Below are positions 36,714-46,650 of a stretch of 64,000 nt of DNA, piece after piece; position 1 is the first letter of the stretch, and every line of letters starts with the position of its first letter. The DNA comes from a virus, in the IMG/VR virus record IMGVR_UViG_3300030116_004830, positions 1 to 64,000 of that record, one strand, 5' to 3'. A program made the position numbers and the translations under genes. Below the pieces are notes generated by a model that saw nothing but the letters and a program-made list of their open reading frames with translations, made no database searches and had not been told where the DNA came from.

Positions 36714-39190
36714 GATTCATCCCCCTCAAATCTAAAGTAAACTAGAGTATTTCTAAAGTTAGGAACAAGAGTATCAATACTATTGAATCTATCTTTGTAT
36801 CCTCTTGTAATAGCAAATTCGTGCATTTCTCCCATGAACTGTGAACCTCTTCTAATCTCTAAACTGTCGTTACCGTTAGAGCCTAAGAAGCAATCGGTAG
36901 CGTTTAATTCAAATTCAGAAAAGTTTACTGTTGTCCTAATTGTAACATCTGTTAAAGTGCCGCTAGTATGAGGTCCACTAGCAATACTATTTATGCAATT
37001 GATAGAAAAAGTGTTATCTGTTATCACTGTAACTTTCCAAACTCCATCTAAATTAGTAACTCCTGTTCCTTCTAATTTAATCCAATCGTTTGTAGCCAAT
37101 CCATGATTATCTTGAGTAGTAACTGTAGCAGTTGCGGATGAACCTGTAATTGAAGCAAATCTAATTTTACCCTCACTAAATATTTCAGTATCTAATTCTT
37201 TACCATCTAAAAATAAACTAATACGATTAGCATTATTATCATAAGCCATAGCAAGATGAAACGGTCTTAAAACATAGGAGGCTTCTTTCCATGTATCCCC
37301 CAATAGATGTGCGCCGTATTCATCTGAATCAGCCAAACTATTACCACTACCATCTACTATCTTTAGACCATTAGTAAATCCAGTATCAGGTAATGAACAG
37401 TATAATGTTCTAGAAAACATTTCTTCTTCATTTGAGGAAATTAAATAGTTAGCATTAGTAGCCCCAGTTAAGCCGTATGAATCTAAAGAAGTAGTTACTG
37501 GGTTATTACCTCTAACTACTGTTATCTTATTTTTTTCTATACTTCTTATTTCCATAGGTTCCGAATCATTCCAAAGAACCCCGCCTATACTTAATTTACT
37601 AGCATCATCAACATGAATAATAGTTTCAGTGGTCGTTCTTATTGGTTTAGTTAGTTTACATTTAGCCATAGAAACCACATCGCTTCTATTGGAAGAACTA
37701 TTTACACCAATATTAGCAATATATCCTAGATATGTAGGTTGTTTTCCATGTTCCAAAGAAGCAGAATATACTCCCGTAGAACTAGATTGAGCATATAAAT
37801 TACATCCTTTCCAAATATGCGGAGACATATCTAGATTACCAGTATCAATACTTGTTGAATCATATTGGTAATATGCCCCTGCACCATCGTTAAATGATAA
37901 TTGATAATGTCTTGTTTGAAAATGAATCGCTACAGTATCAGTAGCGGCGGCTACAGTTTCAGCAGTGAATAGATTAACACCTGAAGTAAACGGCTCTAAT
38001 TCTATTACTGTAGTGCTAATTTTTTCTTTGACTTTGTAATGACCGTCATTCTTTGTTGAGCCAATTACTTTGATGTAATCTCCTGTGTTTAATCCTGCGG
38101 CAAAGGTAGTGTTTTGTAAAGTGATTTTATTTCCATCTGTAAGTGAACCATCATACTCTCCAAATAGAACAAATGTTACCGCACTAGATATTGTTACCGC
38201 ATTATGATAAAATCTTTCAGCGTATATCTGATTAGAACTTGTATTGATTTTCTTATGGTATCTAACTACATCTTCTATTCCAAAGTAAACAGGTCTACCA
38301 AATACCTCATCAACCGATTCTGTTTGTTCTACTGTCTTACCAAAATATTCTTCATTAGCAGTAATAACAGGAACAGCGCTTTGGACGGTAACTGTTCTAA
38401 TATGACCATGCCTATCTTTACCTTTAATTACACAACCTAACTTATATTCAGCAGGTTGATTCATTGTAGTTCTAGTCATATTCTTTAGATAGAACTGGCA
38501 TGTTTCATTATGAAATATCGTCATTTTATGATTGATACGATTATCGCCATAAACCTCAGCATCAACGGCGTGAGTAGTAGCAGTAGTTCCATTTTGCGCT
38601 CTAGCAACTACAATGGTTTTAGACGTTGATATACTTACAACTTCCATTTGTTCATTACCTATTCTAATATTGGTTCCGCCCACTATGTTGTCGATATTAG
38701 ATAATGTTAAAGTCGTAGCAGAATCATTTACTGCAACGGCTAAATAAGCAACAAGTTCATGAGAAAAGTATGCTGATGTTCTAGAACTGTTACCAGTTCC
38801 TAATTGCCCTCTAGGAGAATAAAACTTATTCAATGGTAATTCTAAAGATGCGCTATTATACTTTGTAGCAAGAGTAGGTGTTCCTCCTCCTGAGATGTAA
38901 TCAGCAATTAGACGATGACCAAATCCGTTTACGTCATAAGGAGTTATGATTCCTTCTATTGTAAACGAATCAGCCAATGACCATAGACCATATTTTGCAT
39001 CGTCATCATCAGCAGTTTCATCAATTTCAATACCCGCATTATTTTGAGCATCGCCCATTGCACTTTCAACATAAGTAACATCAGGTCCTTTAGGAATATG
39101 CTTACTATAATCTAAATGAACATAGCCATCTCCCATAATAGGAAAGACCAACGCCTTTTTATTACCAGCATATATTCTATAGTTAGACAT
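36710..39190 (-). CDS. tail protein with LamG/concanavalin-like domain and inserted beta modules
   Basis: SFTIEGIITP...HLAMAYD..RISLFLDG...FMGEMHEFAIT; start moved to MSNY. Confidence 0.7.
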   Translation of the reverse strand: MSNYRIYAGNKKALVFPIMGDGYVHLDYSKHIPKGPDVTYVESAMGDAQNNAGIEIDETADDDDAKYGLWSLADSFTIEGIITPYDVNGFGHRLIADYISGGGTPTLATKYNSASLELPLNKFYSPRGQLGTGNSSRTSAYFSHELVAYLAVAVNDSATTLTLSNIDNIVGGTNIRIGNEQMEVVSISTSKTIVVARAQNGTTATTHAVDAEVYGDNRINHKMTIFHNETCQFYLKNMTRTTMNQPAEYKLGCVIKGKDRHGHIRTVTVQSAVPVITANEEYFGKTVEQTESVDEVFGRPVYFGIEDVVRYHKKINTSSNQIYAERFYHNAVTISSAVTFVLFGEYDGSLTDGNKITLQNTTFAAGLNTGDYIKVIGSTKNDGHYKVKEKISTTVIELEPFTSGVNLFTAETVAAATDTVAIHFQTRHYQLSFNDGAGAYYQYDSTSIDTGNLDMSPHIWKGCNLYAQSSSTGVYSASLEHGKQPTYLGYIANIGVNSSSNRSDVVSMAKCKLTKPIRTTTETIIHVDDASKLSIGGVLWNDSEPMEIRSIEKNKITVVRGNNPVTTSLDSYGLTGATNANYLISSNEEEMFSRTLYCSLPDTGFTNGLKIVDGSGNSLADSDEYGAHLLGDTWKEASYVLRPFHLAMAYDNNANRISLFLDGKELDTEIFSEGKIRFASITGSSATATVTTQDNHGLATNDWIKLEGTGVTNLDGVWKVTVITDNTFSINCINSIASGPHTSGTLTDVTIRTTVNFSEFELNATDCFLGSNGNDSLEIRRGSQFMGEMHEFAITRGYKDRFNSIDTLVPNFRNTLVYFRFEGDES

Positions 39191-39194
39191 AATA

Positions 39195-39989
39195 TCACAA
39201 ACTTGCAAAGGCTATTTCAAACTGTAAATTAAATTCAACAAATGGTTGGCCTCCTACAAGTGTAGTATCGAAGGACCTAACGAATCCAGCAACTCCTTCT
39301 GTAATATTTACAGCAGTGTTAATCGGTTTAGGAAAACTAGAAATTGGTAAACTAAACTTAGCATCTAATTCTGATGCACCCTTATCTCTAACTCCATAAT
39401 TGAAGGGAACTAAGGGAGCATCTTCTACTGAGGTTTGAGAGCCAACAGTAATGGCTTCTCCTGAAGCGGTTTCATCATGGTAAGTCCAATTAGGACCTAC
39501 TCTAGAAGGAATTAGAATATTTAATTTGTTTAGATTCTGATTAGGTTGCATGAATGATGAATCAACATAAGAGTGTATTAGTTGGGCTACTTCTTGTGCG
39601 GTCATAAAAACAGTGCATCTCTTTCCATCAGCATCCGTGTATGTATTTGAGGAATCTGTAGGGTCTACTTCACTTTCAGGCAAATCGTTTGCAGAAAATT
39701 GTTTTGTGATATTCTGTTCAGTAATAATTCCGCTAAGTTGAATTGACTTTGTGGCCATACCCAAATCAAGTCCTAGAGAAACAGATTCACCAGTAGCGAT
39801 ACCAATAGCAGGTGTAGGAAAAGACATGATGTTTTTAGCAGTGGATATACTTACATTGTCGCATTTAAGAGCAATACGATTTGAAGAAAATGAATCCATT
39901 GTAGAGGTATCAGGAGAATCGCTAAACGAACTTCTAGAACTTAAATCAAGAAAGACGTAATGGACATTATCGGGCGACTCAGTTGGCAT
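39195..39989 (-). CDS. distal tail / tube-initiator-like protein
   Basis: Immediately after tape measure; DLGMATKSIQLSG pattern. Confidence 0.55.
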   Translation of the reverse strand: MPTESPDNVHYVFLDLSSRSSFSDSPDTSTMDSFSSNRIALKCDNVSISTAKNIMSFPTPAIGIATGESVSLGLDLGMATKSIQLSGIITEQNITKQFSANDLPESEVDPTDSSNTYTDADGKRCTVFMTAQEVAQLIHSYVDSSFMQPNQNLNKLNILIPSRVGPNWTYHDETASGEAITVGSQTSVEDAPLVPFNYGVRDKGASELDAKFSLPISSFPKPINTAVNITEGVAGFVRSFDTTLVGGQPFVEFNLQFEIAFASL

Positions 39990-39991
39990 AT

Positions 39992-42235
39992 CTAGAACCT
40001 CACATTAGTAGACGAAGAGGTAGTTCTATTTATTTCGGTGCTAACCATTCTACCTATCTTCTTTGCAATATCTCTTAACTCACTATCAGACGCACCTAAT
40101 CTTCCATTGACGTTAACACTGATATTATTTGTAACGCTCCCTCCCATCATTGACTTAGTGGTATCGTTTGAATGAATTCTTGTTCCTCTTGGAAGATTAA
40201 TTAATTCGGGACCTCTTTCACCAACCATCGACATTCCTCCTTTACTAATCCCTCCCATATGGAAAGGATTGAAAGCATCCTTTAATTTTGCAAATTCTCC
40301 TGTAATAAAATTAATAATCTTATCAATGAATTCTCCTCCCTTAGTTAATAACATTGGAAAGAAATCATTCTGAACATATTTAGCAAATGATGATATTGCT
40401 CCTGCCACTGTGTCCGTCCAAAACTTCACTGAAAGTATTTTTTTAACTCCTGCTATTACACCCATTATAACAGTAACATATGTTTTAATTACAAACGCAA
40501 CATACGCAATCGCTAATCTAATTACTAATTTTACTGCTCCTTTAAGGACGCTCCATAATATCTTGTATAATCCTTTATACAAACCTAATATTCCTTGGAA
40601 AAGTTTAGTGAATCTTTCCTTTAGTGTTCCTCCACCAAAGAATGCTTCAAAGATTAGAATGGCCCCACCAAACATATCTTTAATTCCATCAAATACTCCT
40701 CTTAGAGCATCCATCAAAGTTTCCATTACTTGCGCTTTTTCAAATATCTTTTTGATAACAACAAAGGCGAGTAATGCTCCTACTAAGAACATGATAAAAT
40801 ACATTGAATAGAGCATAGCCATCTTCATTACTTTACCTATAATTGAAAAAATAGGAGTAATCTTTTTCATTAAAACTGCTCTAGCGCCGCCCTGTTTTTT
40901 AACATACGCCTGTCCTTCTGAAATTTTCTTTCTTAATCCCTCAAAGCGTTTACCTTCAGGCCCTTTCTTGCTATCTTCCTTAAGAAATTTGAATCCTTTT
41001 GAAATATTCTCAAATCCTAAACCAAAGGTCATGAATCTCTCAGTGCCTTTTCCTATGAATTTTAAAACTTTAATTCTCATTTCATGATGTTTCTTTGCGT
41101 CATCGGCTCTTTGTTGTAATGCGGCCCTTAGTTGGCCCATACTGCCTTCATCTATTCCCTTATCACCCAATCTTCTTACACGACTACTTGCTATCCTCTG
41201 CCCTCGTTCCGCTTTCTGTCGTTTCTCAATTAATTTAGCCATAGGACCTGTTATCGCTTTACCCGTTTTAGAATCTATTCCTTTCTTAAGTTCATCTTCC
41301 GAATAAGTTGTAGTTAATTTACCCATTTCTTCCTTTATCTTTTCTAATTTCTTATCGGCTTTTATTTTCTTTTGAATTGCCGTTTCATATCTTGTTAGGT
41401 CTTCATTGGTAAACTTTGTTTTTCTTAAGAAACTCTTATTTCTTAATCTCTCTTCTCTTTCTAAGGCTTTCTGTAAGGCTTTACCCTCGGCTTTTAGATT
41501 GTCTTTTAATTGTTCATGGGTGGCTTCATATGCGTTTAATGTCCTTGCTAATGCTAATTGTTTTGCCTTTTCTATTTTCTTAAGAGCCTGTTCCTCGGTA
41601 TCTCTAGCATCTTCCGTTGCCGCCTTTAGAGCCTCAAAGGTATTTTTGTATTCTAAATTAGATTCAATTAATTTTTTGTGGTTATTTGCCTCTCCCATTA
41701 ATTTTAATTGTTTTTCTACCTGTTCTATATTGTTAGTCAATTCGCCCATAGCAAGTGCTTGCTCATTAGCGGCCTTAGTTGCTTCTTCGGTTCTACTCTG
41801 AAAACCATCCATAACTTGTCCTACGGCTCTAACATAATTTTGCAATTTCCATAAAGGACTACCTGATAATATGCGACTAAACATAGTCCATTTTTTACCA
41901 TAACCATCTACGTTATTAGCGGCCTTAGCAAACTTTCTAGTGAAACTTTCTGTTGTTGCATTAACTGTTTCTTGGGCCTTTACCAAAGAATATAACTCCG
42001 CAGTAGATTTTTTGGTTTCTTCAGTGCCATCACTTACTGCTTCGTTGTTAGCCCTTTGTGCAACTACTCCCTTCTCTAAAGCCTGTAACATTTTTTTGTT
42101 GTTATTGATTAAATGTCCCATTGCTTTATGAGTTTTCATTGTGCTTTTAGTCATAGATTCTAACATCTTTACGACTGGCTCAATATTTTTAGCAAGAGGG
42201 GCTAACTGCGAATTTATATCAGCCAATGAACTCAT
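39992..42235 (-). CDS. tail tape measure protein
   Basis: Long helical protein with hydrophobic segments and C-terminal GG...VGERGPEL; follows tail chaperones. Confidence 0.85.
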   Translation of the reverse strand: MSSLADINSQLAPLAKNIEPVVKMLESMTKSTMKTHKAMGHLINNNKKMLQALEKGVVAQRANNEAVSDGTEETKKSTAELYSLVKAQETVNATTESFTRKFAKAANNVDGYGKKWTMFSRILSGSPLWKLQNYVRAVGQVMDGFQSRTEEATKAANEQALAMGELTNNIEQVEKQLKLMGEANNHKKLIESNLEYKNTFEALKAATEDARDTEEQALKKIEKAKQLALARTLNAYEATHEQLKDNLKAEGKALQKALEREERLRNKSFLRKTKFTNEDLTRYETAIQKKIKADKKLEKIKEEMGKLTTTYSEDELKKGIDSKTGKAITGPMAKLIEKRQKAERGQRIASSRVRRLGDKGIDEGSMGQLRAALQQRADDAKKHHEMRIKVLKFIGKGTERFMTFGLGFENISKGFKFLKEDSKKGPEGKRFEGLRKKISEGQAYVKKQGGARAVLMKKITPIFSIIGKVMKMAMLYSMYFIMFLVGALLAFVVIKKIFEKAQVMETLMDALRGVFDGIKDMFGGAILIFEAFFGGGTLKERFTKLFQGILGLYKGLYKILWSVLKGAVKLVIRLAIAYVAFVIKTYVTVIMGVIAGVKKILSVKFWTDTVAGAISSFAKYVQNDFFPMLLTKGGEFIDKIINFITGEFAKLKDAFNPFHMGGISKGGMSMVGERGPELINLPRGTRIHSNDTTKSMMGGSVTNNISVNVNGRLGASDSELRDIAKKIGRMVSTEINRTTSSSTNVRF

Positions 42236-42239
42236 TTAA

Positions 42240-42820
42240 TCACCTCTTAGCCTTCTTCATTTCCTTATCTATCTCTTCGGCCTTGTATGTCTCCACTTCT
42301 GCATGAACCATTAACATATCTCTAACCAGCGATGCTGGCATTTGATATACATCCAATGGGCTTATCCCTAATGCCTTAGAAAGGCTATAAACGGTAATTA
42401 GAGATACCATTTGAGGGTCGGATTTTCTTCCCCTTACTGCATCTCTGATTCTTCGTTTTTTGTATCATCCCCTGTTAGTTCTTGAAGGGGATTAGGTAGA
42501 ATGTCTTTTAACTGAGAACCAAGGTAAGGACTCAATCTAATCAAGTCCATCTTACCTAATGAAGGCTCTGTCTTTTCTACAAAGTTATCAATCATATAAT
42601 GATATAGATTATTCAAATCAATATCCATATCGCCTGTTTTTGGATTAACTTTCATGACGGAAGCCATTGCCGCTTCTACTTGTAGCCATGTTGGTTCTTT
42701 AATCCATATTTTCAGGTATTCTTCGCTATTCTCAGCAATTCTGAGATAGTATTCTTTCGGTTGTGTTGCCGCAAAAAGCAACGCTTTATCACTAACTATT
42801 TTCTTATTTTCTTCTAACAT
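42240..42820 (-). CDS. tail assembly chaperone GT (-1 frameshift product)
   Basis: A AAA AAC slippery site at 42461-42455; the -1 frame is open to TGA at 42242-42240. Confidence 0.8.
42434..42820 (-). CDS. tail assembly chaperone G
   Basis: Between tail tube and tape measure; start moved to ATG 42820 after AAAGGTGG. Confidence 0.75.
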   Translation of the reverse strand: MLEENKKIVSDKALLFAATQPKEYYLRIAENSEEYLKIWIKEPTWLQVEAAMASVMKVNPKTGDMDIDLNNLYHYMIDNFVEKTEPSLGKMDLIRLSPYLGSQLKDILPNPLQELTGDDTKNEESEMQ

Positions 42821-42874
42821 TTTATCCACCTTTCTTACCAACAAACATACAAACGGTGTTGGTGGAATCTAATA

Positions 42875-43123
42875 TCACTCGGAAGTTTCTGAACTCTCTT
42901 TTTCCTCCGATGATTCTTGGGCTTCAATCTCCGCCTTTCTTTGTTCTTTAGCGGCCTGTCTTTCAGCCTCTTCTGCCTTGGCTTTTTCTTCTTCTGCTTT
43001 AGCCTGTGCTTTAGCCGCTTTTTCCTGAGCCTTTTTCTCGGCTCTTGTTTTCTTAGCCTCTTCTTCTTCGGCTAATCTTTGAGCATACAATCTCTTTTTC
43101 TCATATTTATCCATTCTAATCAC
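42875..43123 (-). CDS. E/K/A-rich helical low-complexity protein
   Basis: Composition; GGGTGA RBS. Confidence 0.6.
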   Translation of the reverse strand: MIRMDKYEKKRLYAQRLAEEEEAKKTRAEKKAQEKAAKAQAKAEEEKAKAEEAERQAAKEQRKAEIEAQESSEEKESSETSE

Positions 43124-44736
43124 CCTTGTAGAACCCAGTGAGTTTTAACTTCACACTTACTCATTGTTCTCGGCATAACAGTGCCTTCAATTGTAATTGG
43201 TCCCTTATCATCAGGAACAGTAAGAGTAGCAGTGCTTAGGAAATAATCTTGGAAGTTTAGCAAGATTTGTTCTCCGCTATCTTTATCGAATTGTAGAACA
43301 ATCTCATTTGTTGAACCCAAATCTTCAGCATTATTCAACAATTCTTGGAATAACTTATCATCAGTAACTAGAGCAGTAAAGGCAATCTCATATGTCCTTT
43401 GAGCAGGAATAGCATTCTTAATCGCTTTACTAGAAACACCAACATATCTTTTATCTTGTAGATTGTTATTAATCGTTAAAGAGAGATTGGTAATCTTTAG
43501 GAAGGTTTGACCAAAGCAACTAAACAATCCACTAGAGAAAAAGAACGGTTCTAATCCGCCATTTGCTCCTGTTCCTGATGGGTAGTTGAATAGAGATGTG
43601 TCTGTCCCTACATTATTTCTAGGAGTGTAAACTTGTGTTGTAGTCAAATCATTAATGTAATCAACCGTTCTAGTGTTAAGGTCCATCGTCATTTTAACTT
43701 CTTCATTCTCGTTAGCAGTTAGAGTAAAAGTGTTTACTCGATTACCTCTAGCAATTCTAACAAGGGTTTCTGTTTCTGTAGCGACTCCTTGAGTAGCAGT
43801 TACATTTGATGTTTTAGCAATACTGTGTTCTAAAGAGAAAGAAGGCAAATCAGTTCCATTAGCCTCTGAGAATTCATAGGTAATAGGGTTTTGAATTACA
43901 CCTGCCGCAGTAAAAGTAGGAACAGTTAGTTTGTTCAAATTACTATGAGTATCTATACTATGAATAACTGGGGGTAATAATTGAGTATCTTCTCTAGACC
44001 TGTAAAAAATTGGCCCTTGATTAAGATGAGCAGTTTCAAAAGAACCACCGTGAGCAGTAGAAGAAGTATCTCCTGTATCAATGTAAACTTGGTCAGTTGT
44101 TCCCGACTCTGCTAAGAACAAAGATTGAGGAACAGTAGAACCCGAAGCAGAAGTGTATTTTGCACCAGTGCATTTACCTAATGCATAATACAACCATGTT
44201 CCTTGATTAGCAATTAATCCAATATTACCTCCACTTGCGGTTTCAATTCCTTTGTATTGATAACTAAAGTTTCTACTACCTCCAAGTGAAAGATTCATCT
44301 GTTTCATCTCTATCTCAGTATTTGGGAAAGTAGCAGTTTCTACAAGGCCCATCCAGTTATCAGCGTTTAACTTTAAAGAATTTGAACCTATTCTAGAAGC
44401 AGGACAAGGTGTTCCATAAGGATGAATATGGAAAAAGTCAGAATCATCAGAAGCAAAAGTAATAGAGGGAACTGGACTTACTGTAAATGTTGTAGTAGTA
44501 TTGCTAGTAATAGTATGCATAGTAGATGCATTGCTATCGTCAGCATTAAAAATTTCTACTGTGCATCCCTTATACAAATCAGGAACTAATTCCATCGTTG
44601 TAAAAGGAGCCAACGGAGCAATTATACCCGTTGCTTCTGTTGATGCGCTTTCATCTATAAATCCACTTAGCGTCAATTCTGGAACAAACGCTATGTTTGC
44701 TTGGCTTCCTACAAATATATCTTCATTTACGGTCAT
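43120..44736 (-). CDS. major tail tube protein
   Basis: LPSFSLE, VNTFTLT, NLSLTINNNL and RTYEIAF tube-like motifs; position. Confidence 0.75.
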   Translation of the reverse strand: MTVNEDIFVGSQANIAFVPELTLSGFIDESASTEATGIIAPLAPFTTMELVPDLYKGCTVEIFNADDSNASTMHTITSNTTTTFTVSPVPSITFASDDSDFFHIHPYGTPCPASRIGSNSLKLNADNWMGLVETATFPNTEIEMKQMNLSLGGSRNFSYQYKGIETASGGNIGLIANQGTWLYYALGKCTGAKYTSASGSTVPQSLFLAESGTTDQVYIDTGDTSSTAHGGSFETAHLNQGPIFYRSREDTQLLPPVIHSIDTHSNLNKLTVPTFTAAGVIQNPITYEFSEANGTDLPSFSLEHSIAKTSNVTATQGVATETETLVRIARGNRVNTFTLTANENEEVKMTMDLNTRTVDYINDLTTTQVYTPRNNVGTDTSLFNYPSGTGANGGLEPFFFSSGLFSCFGQTFLKITNLSLTINNNLQDKRYVGVSSKAIKNAIPAQRTYEIAFTALVTDDKLFQELLNNAEDLGSTNEIVLQFDKDSGEQILLNFQDYFLSTATLTVPDDKGPITIEGTVMPRTMSKCEVKTHWVLQG

Positions 44737-44760
44737 TTTCTTTCACCTTTTTTTACTTAC

Positions 44761-45348
44761 TTACACGGCTACTGCGAATTTCTTCATCGTCACATTTACT
44801 TTATACCCAAATAATCTCTTTGCTTTATTATTGGATTCTGTTCTTCCTCCTAATATGATATGATTCATTTTTAATGAGTCGCCGTTAATTGTAACTGTTG
44901 CTCCTTTCCTCTTTGCTTCTAAGGTGTGCCTAAGCGACTTATAAAGTGATTCCAATCTATCATGTGCAAAGATGTTATCTGCCGCCCTAGTGTCTCCTCC
45001 GCTAATAGTCCGTATATGGCAAGTTATATTATATATTTCATTGCGAACATCCCAAGAAATAGTAGGATATTCTATATCTTGACCATCTTCAAACACTATA
45101 ATTAGGTCTGAAGAAGTAGCCCCACCAATTGCAGGACTAGTTTGATTTAACAAACTATACTGTCTAGCCTGTCCTCTACTTACTTTACCCGATGTTCCAT
45201 CAGTAGAACCGCCCGAAGATAAATTACGAATATCAAGAATTGTAGGTTTAACTCTATGACTACTGGATATACCTAGTGTATTCTGCATAACAGAAGCCGA
45301 AGGCCAATTGTCTCTTAACAATTGAACTAGGTATGTTACTTCATCCAT
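44761..45348 (-). CDS. tail completion/terminator-like protein
   Basis: Size and position upstream of tail tube. Confidence 0.5.
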   Translation of the reverse strand: MDEVTYLVQLLRDNWPSASVMQNTLGISSSHRVKPTILDIRNLSSGGSTDGTSGKVSRGQARQYSLLNQTSPAIGGATSSDLIIVFEDGQDIEYPTISWDVRNEIYNITCHIRTISGGDTRAADNIFAHDRLESLYKSLRHTLEAKRKGATVTINGDSLKMNHIILGGRTESNNKAKRLFGYKVNVTMKKFAVAV

Positions 45349-45536
45349 TATAAGCCACTTTCCTTAACTATCTTTTCTAATCTTGCGATTACTTCTTTTT
45401 CTACGGCTTCTGCCATATACTTCTCAATCTCTGCATCTGAATAAGTATAGTCGCCTAGACCACTTTCTTCAAATAATTTATTCCTTTCTTCATACATTCT
45501 CTGTATTTGTTTAACCAATTTCATTACTTCACTCAA
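45348..45536 (-). CDS. hypothetical protein
   Basis: Translationally coupled. Confidence 0.6.
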   Translation of the reverse strand: MSEVMKLVKQIQRMYEERNKLFEESGLGDYTYSDAEIEKYMAEAVEKEVIARLEKIVKESGL

Positions 45537-46647
45537 TCAAGAACACCCCTTCTTTCTTTCCATCCACCATTGCCATTGCTTCTTTTCTCAGAATATCATA
45601 TTTTTCCTTTACCGAAATTTGATTATCCGATTCTGTAATAAGAACAGTAGCATCATCGGAACGAAGAATCTCACATGCTACAAGTTTAGTAGCCGCATCA
45701 GTAATCTGAGCAGGGACAGTTCCACTACCTGCAAAGTAAGTTGCCCTTATTGAGTTAAGATGAATATATGGAAACTTATCCCTAAAGAAAATTCTACCTT
45801 CTCTACCAATTTTCCACCAATCATCCATTCTTCCAGTATCTTGTTTATCAGTAAATCCACTAACACTTATTCCATGTTCATTTGTGGTAGCCGAATTACC
45901 ATTCAAATAAATAGAACAACCTGCACCGTCATCACTCGGAAGTAAAGAAGAAATGAGAACCTTATTTGAGTCCTCAGAATCCAAACAAGCGTAAAAGAAA
46001 TCAGAAACCTGCTTTGCTCCTGTAGAATCTGTTTGACCCTTTGCCTGAGTAGCACCTGTTAATGACGCAGTTTTAGATGGATACTTCTCATTGATTAATG
46101 AAACAAGTTCCTCTGCGGCAGTTTTGTTGCCATAAGTAGTATCGAATCTCGAATTGGTAGTTCCTGCAAGTAAATTGAATACTAATCCGCTATTAGGTAA
46201 TCGAAGATTAATTGTAGTTGTTCCGCTAATCATTGATGTATAATCATTCATTGTTACTGACGCTTCTGCACCACAAATGTTAGTCCATTTGTTACCTTCC
46301 CAAATATCTAAACGAATCATCTTAGAAATACTGTGTCTATCTAACTGAACAAACCCGATATAATCACGGTATCTACCAATTGCATAATGACCTACACCAA
46401 AAGTAAAATTATGATATTCCTTTTCGTAAAGTAATCTTCTCCAAGATGTTTTGGTTTTACTATCAATAAAATCCTCTATTCGTTTAATGAACTCTCCTAC
46501 CTCTGAATGCATAGGAGTAGTGTTAGCAGAAAATGGAGGAATTTGTAATAGTTCTGCTACCTTATCGGCAGTAGTATAATATCCTCTACCTAATGAATAA
46601 TCGGGATTAATAACAGTAGTATCAGAAGGCGATTTATACTGAGACAT
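45529..46647 (-). CDS. head-tail adaptor-like protein with internal insertion
   Basis: YTTADKV...IDSKT N-terminus and ATYFAG...VPAQITDAATKLVA C-terminus typical of connector proteins. Confidence 0.7.
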   Translation of the reverse strand: MSQYKSPSDTTVINPDYSLGRGYYTTADKVAELLQIPPFSANTTPMHSEVGEFIKRIEDFIDSKTKTSWRRLLYEKEYHNFTFGVGHYAIGRYRDYIGFVQLDRHSISKMIRLDIWEGNKWTNICGAEASVTMNDYTSMISGTTTINLRLPNSGLVFNLLAGTTNSRFDTTYGNKTAAEELVSLINEKYPSKTASLTGATQAKGQTDSTGAKQVSDFFYACLDSEDSNKVLISSLLPSDDGAGCSIYLNGNSATTNEHGISVSGFTDKQDTGRMDDWWKIGREGRIFFRDKFPYIHLNSIRATYFAGSGTVPAQITDAATKLVACEILRSDDATVLITESDNQISVKEKYDILRKEAMAMVDGKKEGVFLIE

Positions 46648-46650
46648 TTA

